A stretch of DNA of 64,000 nt from a virus (IMGVR_UViG_3300010163_000002:64001-128000), one strand, 5' to 3'. Positions 1-10,300 are shown, counted from the stretch's first letter. Notes: generated by a model not told the origin, from the letters alone. Numbers and translations are program-made.

Positions 1-375
1 TTACAGCTTAATATTGCTTCTCATACATCCAGTAAAAAGATTGCTAAATGGGCAACAAGGTTTTCAGGAGAAGTAATATATTTCAACAAGAAAGTAAGTA
101 ATAACATTGCTGGAGTTAAAATTCCTGATATTTCTGAACTTGTTCCTATCATTAAAAGCGCTCTTCCACAATATACGCATGACGAAATTAAACAATTTTT
201 ATGTGTAGTTGTTAGGTCTATTGATAAGATAGACATCAATACACTTTACGGAATTTCTTATATTTATTCAATGATTTCGAATATTTATAAGTATAAATTC
301 TGTGCTATTAATGATGAGAAAGGAGAAAAGATCTTTGGGAATATCTCCAGGGTTATCGATGCGATTTTATCCTAA
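1..375 (+). CDS. 3' part of hypothetical protein (5'-truncated by window)
   Basis: Frame 1 is open from base 1 to TAA at 373-375 (LQLNIASH...VIDAILS*); the stop overlaps the AAGGAGG RBS of the next gene. Confidence 0.8.
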   Translation, partial: LQLNIASHTSSKKIAKWATRFSGEVIYFNKKVSNNIAGVKIPDISELVPIIKSALPQYTHDEIKQFLCVVVRSIDKIDINTLYGISYIYSMISNIYKYKFCAINDEKGEKIFGNISRVIDAILS

Positions 376-389
376 GGAGGTACAACACT

Positions 390-1388
390 ATGAGATCTCA
401 TATTATAAACGGGCATTATATGTTCGGCAATACGTTCATGCAGCCCGATATGCCTCATTATAACCATATTAAACATCATATTTTAGCACCAGTGCACAGG
501 CCAATGCCACCATATCCAGATTCAGGCGTTCCAGGATCTATTCAGGGTAAACCAGGGCAGTGTTTATGCTTCGAAACTGAGGGCGGGCAAAAAATTGATT
601 GCCCGTACGTAAATTCTGATGACGAGAATGCAGAAACCTCGTGCAATTGCGATTGCGAATTGTGCAAAGCTGGAATTATTCGAGATCCTCTGATGTTTAA
701 TGTAGTAAACATTGAAACTTCAATTGTAAAAACTCTTAAATTGACCCTTTACGGAACATCTTCAGATAAAGACAAAACTGTAGAGATGAAAGAGGGGAAC
801 AGATATGCTGTAACATATATCACTGAGAGAGGTATGGTTACATCTGTTGGCTATTTAGAATTAATTAGCGATAGTGTTCCTGATAAATGCACTAGATATA
901 TTGGCGGAGCAAACAGCATGGCTACGGTATCATCTGCATACATAGGAATGGATTGTTCTACTGAAGGGCATTCTGATAAAAGAAAAATCTATATAGCAAC
1001 AATCAGATTTGTTCAGGCTCTCGAAGAGGGTGAAACTCCAGATATCGAGGAAGTTAAAAGCATGAGGGAAAGATTACAGGAACTACTTGATGCTATTGAA
1101 AATGGAGAACTAGTATTCTGTGATAAAAAATCATGCTGCGATGACGGTATTGATGTACAGCCAATTGAACCTGAAAATCCGGTAGACCCAGATACTGGAA
1201 AATATGATGACTATACTGGCATAGATACTACATCTGTTGCAGCTAACTCGAAAAAGGTATATGATATAATGGATGAGATTGGTTCAATGATTCCAGAAAC
1301 AAAACAATCTGAAAAATTTATTCCTGATTCCAATATGGTGCTGGACGACACGAAAAATTTGGAACGTATGGATGTTAAACTTCTTTAA
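390..1388 (+). CDS. Hypothetical protein with His/Pro-rich N-terminus, Cys clusters and acidic C-terminus
   Basis: 332-aa ORF, AAGGAGG RBS; HYNHIKHH, CNCDCELC and CDKKSCC motifs. Confidence 0.8.
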   Translation: MRSHIINGHYMFGNTFMQPDMPHYNHIKHHILAPVHRPMPPYPDSGVPGSIQGKPGQCLCFETEGGQKIDCPYVNSDDENAETSCNCDCELCKAGIIRDPLMFNVVNIETSIVKTLKLTLYGTSSDKDKTVEMKEGNRYAVTYITERGMVTSVGYLELISDSVPDKCTRYIGGANSMATVSSAYIGMDCSTEGHSDKRKIYIATIRFVQALEEGETPDIEEVKSMRERLQELLDAIENGELVFCDKKSCCDDGIDVQPIEPENPVDPDTGKYDDYTGIDTTSVAANSKKVYDIMDEIGSMIPETKQSEKFIPDSNMVLDDTKNLERMDVKLL

Positions 1389-1404
1389 TACAAAATTTTA
1401 AAGT

Positions 1405-1430
1405 TCCAGTAGCCAATTAAGGCTACTGGA
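1405..1430. terminator. Intrinsic terminator hairpin
   Basis: tccagtagcc-aattaa-ggctactgga. Confidence 0.75.
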
Positions 1431-1440
1431 TAACTTTTCG

Positions 1441-1452
1441 AACTTTAATATA
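1441..1452 (+). promoter_or_regulatory. Putative late promoter (AACT-N6-TA)
   Basis: aact-ttaata-ta just upstream of the AAAGGAGG RBS; variant of the AR9-type AACA-N6-TA consensus. Confidence 0.55.
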
Positions 1453-1473
1453 ATAGTAAAGGAGGATAACGGC

Positions 1474-2187
1474 ATGGTTGAATTATTCTATAAAATTGAC
1501 AAAAACAAAGTTATTTTCAATGGCGAAGGCGAATTAATCTATTATGTACCAGAAAAATATTTTGAAATTAAAGCGGCTGAAATTATTGGAGAATTGACAA
1601 GAGTAATGGGAATGTTTATGTATGCGGTATTTGATAAAAACGGTAAACGTACAGTTTTTAAACAGTTTAAATGCCCATCAATGATTGAATGTAAACCATC
1701 TACTATTACTAAAGAAGCAAATTACCATTTAGAAGGAACCAAGGAACCCAAAGCATATAGGCTTATGCATTTTTCTAAAGGCGATCAATTATTCTGCACA
1801 AGTATACCGTCAGAATTTAGTACTTTGGAAAAATTTGTAGACTTATTTAAAGGCGGAAATCTGCCGGAAACAATACCATACGATGAAGTACAAAATTATA
1901 TCTTAAAAAATGCAGAATTATGTAACTTTGATTATAAAGTATCAAACCAGGCTATAGGAATTGTTATATCAGAAATTTACAGAAAAGAGGATGATTTATC
2001 TAAGCCATTCAGATTTAGCAAAACAGATGATATGCTTGCTTATAAAGCATTGCCTGTGGCTAAAATTCCAATGTATACATCGCCATTTACAGCAATAACA
2101 TCTGAAAATGCAGATGAAGCTATAGCTGCAGCAATGACTGTTGCTGGAGATAAAGACTCTCCATTGGAAAAAATATTTATGAATTAG
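1474..2187 (+). CDS. Probable virion RNA polymerase subunit, beta-prime C-terminal-like fragment
   Basis: C-terminus GIVISEIYR...SPFTAITSENADEAIAAAM...SPLEKIF resembles the beta' C-terminal HIEVIVRQM...SFISAASFQETTRVLTEAA...GLKENVI region; late-gene context. Confidence 0.55.
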   Translation: MVELFYKIDKNKVIFNGEGELIYYVPEKYFEIKAAEIIGELTRVMGMFMYAVFDKNGKRTVFKQFKCPSMIECKPSTITKEANYHLEGTKEPKAYRLMHFSKGDQLFCTSIPSEFSTLEKFVDLFKGGNLPETIPYDEVQNYILKNAELCNFDYKVSNQAIGIVISEIYRKEDDLSKPFRFSKTDDMLAYKALPVAKIPMYTSPFTAITSENADEAIAAAMTVAGDKDSPLEKIFMN

Positions 2188-2212
2188 TACAAGGCAACCT
2201 GCGCTATTTATA

Positions 2213-2224
2213 AACATATGAATA
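2213..2224 (+). promoter_or_regulatory. Late promoter AACA-N6-TA
   Basis: aaca-tatgaa-ta upstream of tail sheath; exact AR9 late consensus. Confidence 0.7.
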
Positions 2225-2283
2225 AAGCTTACTGCTTTAATTTATTTATAAATAAATTAAAAATAATCAAGGAGGTTAACAAT

Positions 2284-4149
2284 ATGAAGGGATATCCTAA
2301 GTCTCGATTTGATATCATCAATCAGACCCAAATTCAGGAAATCACAGTTGATACTATCAACTATCCGATTGCTTTGTTTATGCAGCCATACACAAGCGAT
2401 AAAGGAACTGAGAATTGGGAAGTGATTGGTGATTTTGAGAAATTCTCCAAAGAAAAAGGAGGAATCAGTTTCCTTAGGCATGGACAGGCACAGCTTACTG
2501 TAGCAGAAGTGCTTAGAAGTGGCGGCTATGTACTTGGTAAACGTATGCTATCTGACGATGCTGCCCTGGCAAACGTTACTGTCAAGGCAAGAGTAGTAAA
2601 AGTTGATTCTGTATCTTATGTATATTTCTATACTAAATCAGGAATCAATATTGCAGACTTTGAAGAAGCTTGCGATGTTGGTTATGGAGATTTTGATTCT
2701 ACTGCAACCCCTGCAGAGGGCGAAAACAGTATTGATATTCCGCTGTTTACTGTAACACCGATGGGTCGCGGCGCCAGCGGAATCTTCTTCAGAATCAGCC
2801 CGGAGTACGCTTCTTCCAGAAGCAAAAATACCACAAGTTACCTTAAGTATGCTTTTGATATTTTCGAAGATGGTAATGAGATTGAGAGCATTGTATTTAC
2901 AATGAATCCAGAAATTATCATCGATGATATCGCTCAGGCTATGAATCCGAAGATTAAATCTAATTCTGGCCAGGTTAGAGTTAAACTGTATGAAGACGGT
3001 ATGTTTAAACTTATTGATGAATTGGCTAAAACTGCTGTTGATGCTGCTGGAGAGCCTATTCCTGCCGCTGAACTTGTGAACCTTGACTTCATTAATGCTT
3101 GCGATCGTAAGGGAGAAAGCACTATTGGCGGAATCGTAACAATTAATCAGGCAGACGAAGAGCAGCTCAGCCAGTGGGAAGCAAACAAGCCAGCAGATAT
3201 TACAACTCCGTATGATCTTGCAGACGCTGTTGGTATTCCACTTACAAACGGTAGCTATGGCACAATGGGTGTTAGTCCTGTTACTAATACCACTGAATAC
3301 GAGAACATGCTTCTTTCTGTATTCGGTAAGAACACAGAATCTCCGCTGTTTAGTACCAAGATTTACGATCTTGATGCGTATAAAATTGATGCTATTTTTG
3401 ACTGTAATTTCCCGATGACAGTCAAAAATGCTATTGTTGATCTTGTGGATTTCCGTGGAGATATGGTCTACCTGTGTGATCTTGGAACAAAAGCAAATAC
3501 TCTTGCTAGAATCATTGATGAGGCTTCTAAGATTACTCTTTCCAAGTATACAGCTCTGTATCATAACTACATGAAAATCATCGATCCATTTACCAAGAAA
3601 GAGATTACAGTTACAATGCCGTATCTTCTTGTAAACAAGATGGTTAAGCATGTTGCTAAGGGCGTCGGTATTCCATTCGCTGGTATCGCAAATGACCTTA
3701 CGTTCAATACTATCATTGAAAACTCCATCAATTTCCTGCCTGTTGAAATTCCTGGAATTAATCAGAAGCAGGAACTTGTAGATATGAATATTAACTATCT
3801 TAATATTTATGACGGAGTTCCGGTAATGGAAACAATGTATACAAATGATGGAGAATACTCCCAGCTTTCATTCCTGCACAATATCATGGCCGTACAGGAA
3901 ATTATTAAAGTTATTAGAGCTCGTTGCCCGCAGACCAGATATACTTTCTTGGATGGTGATGATCTTGAGCAGTATATTGATGATGTTGAAGCTATTGTTA
4001 AGCAGTATTCAACAAACTTCAAATCTATCAGTGTTCAGTACATGGCCGACGAGAAGTATGAATCTAATAACATCTTCTATGCAGTGCTTAAGGTACAGTT
4101 CAAGAACTTCATTCAGGAAGAGTACTTTAAGATCATTGCTATTGCTTAA
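2284..4149 (+). CDS. Contractile tail sheath protein
   Basis: About 620 aa; start refined to the ATG after AAGGAGG; sheath-like C-terminal domain (RGDMVYLCD, QKQELVDMNINY, SQLSFLHNIMAV); precedes the tube gene. Confidence 0.8.
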   Translation: MKGYPKSRFDIINQTQIQEITVDTINYPIALFMQPYTSDKGTENWEVIGDFEKFSKEKGGISFLRHGQAQLTVAEVLRSGGYVLGKRMLSDDAALANVTVKARVVKVDSVSYVYFYTKSGINIADFEEACDVGYGDFDSTATPAEGENSIDIPLFTVTPMGRGASGIFFRISPEYASSRSKNTTSYLKYAFDIFEDGNEIESIVFTMNPEIIIDDIAQAMNPKIKSNSGQVRVKLYEDGMFKLIDELAKTAVDAAGEPIPAAELVNLDFINACDRKGESTIGGIVTINQADEEQLSQWEANKPADITTPYDLADAVGIPLTNGSYGTMGVSPVTNTTEYENMLLSVFGKNTESPLFSTKIYDLDAYKIDAIFDCNFPMTVKNAIVDLVDFRGDMVYLCDLGTKANTLARIIDEASKITLSKYTALYHNYMKIIDPFTKKEITVTMPYLLVNKMVKHVAKGVGIPFAGIANDLTFNTIIENSINFLPVEIPGINQKQELVDMNINYLNIYDGVPVMETMYTNDGEYSQLSFLHNIMAVQEIIKVIRARCPQTRYTFLDGDDLEQYIDDVEAIVKQYSTNFKSISVQYMADEKYESNNIFYAVLKVQFKNFIQEEYFKIIAIA

Positions 4150-4166
4150 AGAAGGAGGCGAATATA

Positions 4167-5153
4167 ATGGCAGTATATAAAAACCGTACAACCGATTCCT
4201 TCGCTGACTTTAAAGCAGCAGAGTGGGATGCTGGTGGTGACAAAAATAAAATGATTGGTAACCTTTTTACCAATACAAAGGATTTCAAAGATGTTACTAC
4301 GTATAGACTTATGCGAGGTGTTCCGGATTTTGGTTCACTTGTACAGTTTAATCCGTACGAAACAGGATATGCCGCATTTATTATTTGCCAGATGCCAAAG
4401 TTCATTGAACTGCTGGCAAAATATGATGCAGAGTACAATAAGCTGATCTCTAACTGGGCGCATATTATTGAATATGAGTTTAAGAGTTTTGAAGGTCTTG
4501 ATGCCATCAGTGCAGATACTATCACTCTTGGTGATGATCTGAACTCTATTAACGTTATTTCTAAGGTTAATATGCAGGGAGCGTCTGAGTTTACACTGAC
4601 TTATGACGAAAAATCTGGTTCTCCGCTTACCAAGTTTGCTAAACTGTATCTTACTGGTATTAAGGATGGACGTACTCAGGTTAAAACGTATCACGGCCTT
4701 ATTCATTCTGATAAAATGGAACCGGGCTTTGAGAATGAGGTATTCACATTCCTGTTTATCGCTACAGATAACACGATGAGATCTGTAGAGTCTGCTTATC
4801 TGTTGATTGGCTGCCAGCTTAACTCTGCAGATACAGATATGTATAACTTCACAAAGGGCGATATCGATAAGCGTGCAGTATCCGTTAAGTTTAATGGATA
4901 TCCAGTACAGTCTACCGATATCAACAAAGCAGCTCAGAGAATGCTTGACTTCTTGCTTAGTAAGGATGCTGGTGTACGTCAGATTATCGTTAACAGCGAT
5001 AACTATAACTATACTGGAACAGAGAGTATCGCTAAGACTCTTACTAGCTACGGTGCTGGTAGTACATATACCCAGGGTCTTGATCAGGATACTAAGACTT
5101 ACGATACGGCAAGCTTCTATAAAGCTTCCAATAGCCAGGCAGTTACTGTATAA
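4167..5153 (+). CDS. Tail tube protein
   Basis: Directly follows sheath; FNPYETGY and EFTLTYDEKSGSP motifs typical of phiKZ/AR9-like tube proteins. Confidence 0.7.
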   Translation: MAVYKNRTTDSFADFKAAEWDAGGDKNKMIGNLFTNTKDFKDVTTYRLMRGVPDFGSLVQFNPYETGYAAFIICQMPKFIELLAKYDAEYNKLISNWAHIIEYEFKSFEGLDAISADTITLGDDLNSINVISKVNMQGASEFTLTYDEKSGSPLTKFAKLYLTGIKDGRTQVKTYHGLIHSDKMEPGFENEVFTFLFIATDNTMRSVESAYLLIGCQLNSADTDMYNFTKGDIDKRAVSVKFNGYPVQSTDINKAAQRMLDFLLSKDAGVRQIIVNSDNYNYTGTESIAKTLTSYGAGSTYTQGLDQDTKTYDTASFYKASNSQAVTV

Positions 5154-5165
5154 TCAAACAATATG

Positions 5166-5195
5166 TATCCCTGTAGGAGCAATCCTACAGGGATA
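5166..5195. terminator. Bidirectional terminator between convergent tube and portal genes
   Basis: tatccctgtagga-gcaa-tcctacagggata, 13-bp stem. Confidence 0.85.
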
Positions 5196-5211
5196 TGTTT
5201 TGCTTTTATAT

Positions 5212-7647
5212 TTAAGATTCCATATTTTCAGCATCGCTGACTCTATCTTTAATCTCCCCTTGCCTTGCAGCATTTTCTATCTTCTTAATCATATCAATAT
5301 TAACATAAGATCCTAAGAAATAAATTTTAAGTTCCTTAGCAAATCTATTTCTTACATTGTCATTCTTTTCATCCGCCATAAAGATGTTTGCTAAATTTTC
5401 ACAATAATCATTAGTATTTGTAACTAACTGATTGGTATTGGTAACATTTATAAACAATGGTGGTGGTAATGTAACAGTAATACGATCATTTGAACTATAT
5501 TCCATATTATAAATCTTTGTACACAATGGATTTATAGTCTTTTGGAAATCTGATTGTCTTGCATAGACAAATCTTAAGAATTTAGAATTGCTCATTGTTA
5601 ATTGCAACGCATAATCCGGAGATTGTCTATTTTGAATAATTTCTATTGGAACTCCTGTAGGGTTGATTGCTGACTCTTCCAATAAATTAAGAAGATCTGT
5701 TTTAATCTCGATCTGTTGTCCTGGCATCACTTCAAAATCAATTGGTGATTGCCCGTCAGCACTTCTTGGTACAATATAATCATTATACCTTCCTGTGATA
5801 TTAAGAACAGAATTTATATTCTCAATCTGTCTTATACCGAAATTAGATTTCTTAATTTCATTAATAGTTTTTAATAGTGTTTTTGAGATATTTGATTCCA
5901 CTGATTGCTTCACATAATATACACGCTTATCATTACCGCGAGTCATAATACCTAAACAATTTGTAAGATATATAGCGACCCATAATTTAGCAGGAATTAA
6001 GCTAAGATTAAGATCACTAATACCACGTCCAGTATCTTCATCAAGTTCAAAATAAATATGATGAATATCCTCCGGAGGAATATAGCTTACACGTATATTA
6101 TTAGTGGAACCTGCAGCGGCATTAAATGAGTCATTATATTTAAGAATATAATAAATCTCTCTCTTAAGATCTTGATTGTTATTAACAAAGTTATTGTCGA
6201 TCTTCTCTGCAAGGCTAGCTGCTACACTTCTAAGCAACTCCTCTCGCCTCTGCATTGAATCAAATGCTTCTGATCTGCCATTGCTCCTCAATCCAGTAAT
6301 AGTGTTAACCATTCCGGTTGAGCTAAATCTTTCATCAAACAGTTCTGCCTGATTATCAAATTCAAAATAGTAATAGCCAAGGCAAATATCATTAAGAATA
6401 ATAGGAGTAACTCTTTCTCTTTTAAGTATTTTAACAATGCATCCATTCATTCCATTAAGATTGGAACTTTGCGATTTTTTGGTGTATAAACCGTCTGCTG
6501 TGGTATCATCTTGATTTGGCAATTCCATATCATCATGAAGAGTTTTATCAAACTTATGGTGCGTCGGAAGTTTAGCTCCCATTTCAAGATCTCCATTCAT
6601 AGAATTTCCAAATGTATAAGGCTTACCATCATTGGCAATAGAATCTATACCTTCATTAATTATATCTGGGTTATCTTGCTCCATAGCAAGTTCCATTAGA
6701 TACTGTTCTGTTAAAGATTGCTCTCTAACAAATTGTCTCTTATTTCTGGCATCTTGCTCTGCTTTAACAATAGATGAAATAATACCAGATTCTATATTGA
6801 TATCGATATTAAATTCACCAAGATCATATTTTGCAGCTCTTTGGTCCGATTTTATTAAATCATTATATTCCTGTATATATGCGGATGAATCAATATGTAT
6901 TGGTTCAAATTCCGATACCGAACTTTCTATCAATAAATCAGAAGATTCGGCATAATTAGTTCTAACCTGAATTGTTTTTGTATTATTGCTAAGTTTTCTA
7001 TCAAGTAATCTATTAATTGCTTTCTGATATGGCACACAATATACAAAAGTTTCGCCATATTTTGAGGTTTGTTCATAAATTTTGCTTATAAGTTTTTGCA
7101 TCTCGTATCTATTTTTCATATCCTCAATATTACGAGCATGCTGTTCTTTTGATTCTCTTGTAAGAGCAATATCAGAATCAAGATTTAGAAAATCTTTACT
7201 AAAACTATCTGCTGATAATACATTGTCTTTGATTGTATCCAGCGCCTCCTGAAGTTTAGGCATATACTTCAACACTTCATCTATTTCTGTATCTATAGCT
7301 TTAACCCATCTATTATCAAGATAAGAACTTGTTAGATTATTGATAAATTCATTATCGCCAAATATTCTTTCAAATTCCCTTATAGTCCCGTCGTCATTTT
7401 GGGAATTAAAGAGAAGACGCTCATATAATCTTGATATATTAGGTTCACCAATGTTGTCAACATTGGTATCCATAATATCTTTAATAGATGCAGTTATGTC
7501 AGTTTTTATCGCTTTAAGCTGTTGTTTGTTGCCAGGGTCTGATAAGTATGTCGATTTATACAGATCGTCCATATTGCCACGAACAAAGCCTGCCAACTTA
7601 TGCAATAAGCCAGTTTTTATTGGCTTGTTTTCATTATCTGAAGGCAT
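5212..7647 (-). CDS. Portal protein (jumbo-phage type)
   Basis: 811 aa; MPKLQEALDTIKDNVLSAD, KYGETFVY, PPEDIHHI and TGVPIEII motifs resemble portal family; preceded by a late promoter. Confidence 0.65.
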   Translation of the reverse strand: MPSDNENKPIKTGLLHKLAGFVRGNMDDLYKSTYLSDPGNKQQLKAIKTDITASIKDIMDTNVDNIGEPNISRLYERLLFNSQNDDGTIREFERIFGDNEFINNLTSSYLDNRWVKAIDTEIDEVLKYMPKLQEALDTIKDNVLSADSFSKDFLNLDSDIALTRESKEQHARNIEDMKNRYEMQKLISKIYEQTSKYGETFVYCVPYQKAINRLLDRKLSNNTKTIQVRTNYAESSDLLIESSVSEFEPIHIDSSAYIQEYNDLIKSDQRAAKYDLGEFNIDINIESGIISSIVKAEQDARNKRQFVREQSLTEQYLMELAMEQDNPDIINEGIDSIANDGKPYTFGNSMNGDLEMGAKLPTHHKFDKTLHDDMELPNQDDTTADGLYTKKSQSSNLNGMNGCIVKILKRERVTPIILNDICLGYYYFEFDNQAELFDERFSSTGMVNTITGLRSNGRSEAFDSMQRREELLRSVAASLAEKIDNNFVNNNQDLKREIYYILKYNDSFNAAAGSTNNIRVSYIPPEDIHHIYFELDEDTGRGISDLNLSLIPAKLWVAIYLTNCLGIMTRGNDKRVYYVKQSVESNISKTLLKTINEIKKSNFGIRQIENINSVLNITGRYNDYIVPRSADGQSPIDFEVMPGQQIEIKTDLLNLLEESAINPTGVPIEIIQNRQSPDYALQLTMSNSKFLRFVYARQSDFQKTINPLCTKIYNMEYSSNDRITVTLPPPLFINVTNTNQLVTNTNDYCENLANIFMADEKNDNVRNRFAKELKIYFLGSYVNIDMIKKIENAARQGEIKDRVSDAENMES

Positions 7648-7676
7648 ATGTTTTTATCCCCCTTTCTTATTGTACT

Positions 7677-7688
7677 TACTAAGATGTC
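7677..7688 (-). promoter_or_regulatory. Late promoter (GACA-N6-TA) of the portal gene
   Basis: Minus strand gaca-tcttag-ta; the spacer is identical to the promoter at 10289. Confidence 0.6.
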
Positions 7689-7698
7689 TGAAAATGGC

Positions 7699-8319
7699 TT
7701 AATTACCATGATATAAATCTATATAAGCTATATAAGTAATCATGTTAAATTTTTTCTTATCTATTCTAAATTTAACTACAAATATATTTTCATTGGGTTT
7801 GCTGTATAAAGTCATAAATAATTTATCCGCCTTGGTTATTGGAAGGATTGATGGAAATATTGTAATCAATTTTCCATTAAAATCTGTAATCAACCCGCCG
7901 CTAGATTTATTCATATTGTAAATTTTATCTCTTATTACATCAGACTGTACTTCCGGAGAACAATTATAAGTATCTATATTCTGTGCTATTTGTATTTTAT
8001 TCATCGCCAGTGATAATATAGAATGATCATATCCTATATTTAGTTCCCCTCCAGCAACTGTCTTTATAGTATCGCCAAGATTAAACTCAAATTCTGATTC
8101 TAATGATATAGTTTTCACAAATGCCGATAGCGCCCTCGTATTGATGAGAGCGCCAACAGCATAGCACTTTATAAAATTACTATCTAAAATGATATAAGAT
8201 AATACATCTTTTATATTATCTACTCCTATCATCATATTTTTAACTAGTATAAAGTCTTTACGTTTAAAAGCTTTTGCAGCTTCATTAAGATATACTAATT
8301 CAGCCGTTGTTAATTTCAT
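7699..8319 (-). CDS. Hypothetical protein coupled to DNA polymerase
   Basis: 206-aa ORF overlapping the polymerase 3' end by 20 nt. Confidence 0.75.
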   Translation of the reverse strand: MKLTTAELVYLNEAAKAFKRKDFILVKNMMIGVDNIKDVLSYIILDSNFIKCYAVGALINTRALSAFVKTISLESEFEFNLGDTIKTVAGGELNIGYDHSILSLAMNKIQIAQNIDTYNCSPEVQSDVIRDKIYNMNKSSGGLITDFNGKLITIFPSILPITKADKLFMTLYSKPNENIFVVKFRIDKKKFNMITYIAYIDLYHGN

Positions 8320-10219
8320 ATTTAGGCATCCTTTCTTGTATAATACACATATTTTTAAGTTGAGTATTATTTATTATGCTACACATTGTACGTTGTGAAT
8401 TCTGCGGAATAACATTACACATAATTCTAAGACCGCTAATTGGATCATAAGAATATAAACCTCTCGCTGGAGCTTTAACTTTAGTAAAGTAATGTATAAT
8501 ATCATTATACATATCTTCATATCCTGCAAGATTAAAATATCTTTCGCAGAAGTTAAGTCTATCACGACATACAAAATCTTCAATAAACCATACAGATCTA
8601 TCAAAATACGGATTATTAAATCTATTTTCTTTAAGATCAATAATTTCAGGAAATATTACTTTTCCTCTTTGAGTATTTGGAGCCATATTGTTTTCATCTA
8701 CTATGGAGGGGTACAATGCTTTGTAATCGAAATCGTCTAAATTATCGCATACTAAAATGGCTCTATCATTTATCTTTATTTTAGGTTTATCACTAACCAG
8801 CACAGGATCTGCTACAAATGCTCCGGCAAATCCTACTTTCTCGTTACTTTTGTTTATATTATTTCCAAGGACGTATCCATATTCCCCAAAGTCCTTTGAT
8901 CCACGATTAACAAGGTAAGTTGTTTGTCTATGAACTTTAGCATATCTTGTATTTGTATTCATTGACTTTGAATATACAAAATCTATATCTCCAACCTTAT
9001 GTTCTACACATAGCTGAACTATAGTATCCATTACGTTATAAAATACAAATACTAAATAATTTAAATATGGTAGTTTGGCAAGCTGAGTTGTTATATGTGA
9101 ATAATCAAGCTTTCTTACCCCTGCAAATAATCCGCCAATATAATCAAGTTTGAATGATGCTACCGCTCTTTGACCTTTACGACGAGATGCAAATGTAATC
9201 AACTGATCAAGATATACTGTATAACATGATGCTTGAGCGTAGTCTCCTCTTTCTTCAAATTTATCAGCTCTTTTATCAATATAATAATAGCACTCTTTAA
9301 CCTTAAAATCCGAATGGCAAATTATGTCTTTAGGATCGTATCCTAAATTAATTATTCTTTGAATTAAATATGGTAAGTCGAATGCGATGTTCCATGCTAT
9401 TGCGAAATCGGGTTTCACTGTATTAATTACATTGAATGCATCATGAATTAATTTTATTTCATCATCATAAAATATAATCTGATACTGAAATTCATGTAAA
9501 CCATATCTATGCTCATTCTTCCATCCACCAACATTTTCCTGAACAAACTTCTTTAATCTTTCAGGGATGCCGTTCATATGTTTGAATTCATCTATTAAGG
9601 GATTACTATCGTTCTCCAATAATAAAGTATAAATTCTTTTATTCGCTTCATCTACTAAAGTTATTGCATTTACTGGGCACTCTCCTGGCTCGGGGAAATC
9701 TCCTTTCATGTCAATAATGTCAGTCTCTATATCGAAATATAATTTTGTTGGTTTGAATTGTTCATTCCTATATAATCGCGCAAACTCTTTTCTATAATAA
9801 TCCTCAATATGCATATCTGCAGCAAATACAGATTTAATTTTAAACAATTCATCGTTTGCTCTTGCATTACCATTTCTAAGATTGTCAAAAAAGAATTCAA
9901 GGCAACCAGTTTTTTCAGCAATATCTTTCTTTAAATTATTATACTTACAAGTTACTGGATGAACATATTTTTTCTCTATGCATAATTGATTATATTCTGC
10001 AGGAACCCCTTCATTAAGCATATAATAAGTATATTCTGGCTCATCTATATGCTGAACTTTCTTTTCCATAGTATCCATATCTTTATATATAATATCAATA
10101 CTATCTTTACCATATTTCCCTGTTGCAAGATCTTTTTGTGGTTTATGATATATTACGTTTAGTAGCGAAATATTGTCTCCAATATTATAGCCTTTAATAA
10201 AGGACTTATCAGTATTCAT
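8300..10219 (-). CDS. Family B DNA polymerase, N-terminal subunit (3'-5' exonuclease plus motif A) of a split enzyme
   Basis: ExoI FDIETD, ExoII WNIAFDLPY, ExoIII YNVMD, motif A DFDYKALYPSI; no motif B/C; start refined to MNTDK after AAGGAGG. Confidence 0.85.
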   Translation of the reverse strand: MNTDKSFIKGYNIGDNISLLNVIYHKPQKDLATGKYGKDSIDIIYKDMDTMEKKVQHIDEPEYTYYMLNEGVPAEYNQLCIEKKYVHPVTCKYNNLKKDIAEKTGCLEFFFDNLRNGNARANDELFKIKSVFAADMHIEDYYRKEFARLYRNEQFKPTKLYFDIETDIIDMKGDFPEPGECPVNAITLVDEANKRIYTLLLENDSNPLIDEFKHMNGIPERLKKFVQENVGGWKNEHRYGLHEFQYQIIFYDDEIKLIHDAFNVINTVKPDFAIAWNIAFDLPYLIQRIINLGYDPKDIICHSDFKVKECYYYIDKRADKFEERGDYAQASCYTVYLDQLITFASRRKGQRAVASFKLDYIGGLFAGVRKLDYSHITTQLAKLPYLNYLVFVFYNVMDTIVQLCVEHKVGDIDFVYSKSMNTNTRYAKVHRQTTYLVNRGSKDFGEYGYVLGNNINKSNEKVGFAGAFVADPVLVSDKPKIKINDRAILVCDNLDDFDYKALYPSIVDENNMAPNTQRGKVIFPEIIDLKENRFNNPYFDRSVWFIEDFVCRDRLNFCERYFNLAGYEDMYNDIIHYFTKVKAPARGLYSYDPISGLRIMCNVIPQNSQRTMCSIINNTQLKNMCIIQERMPKYEINNG

Positions 10220-10288
10220 GCATTTTACCTCCTTTAACATTATTTCATTGTGCACTGCTTTATATAGTTTTACCAATCAACACAAATC

Positions 10289-10300
10289 AACATCTTAGTA
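10289..10300 (+). promoter_or_regulatory. Late promoter AACA-N6-TA with no downstream CDS
   Basis: aaca-tcttag-ta. Confidence 0.6.

Noticed and set aside
2638-3651. 337-aa minus-strand ORF and many other antisense ORFs in the track
   Set aside because: Shadows of real genes (here the codon-biased sheath gene); no RBS or recognisable motifs
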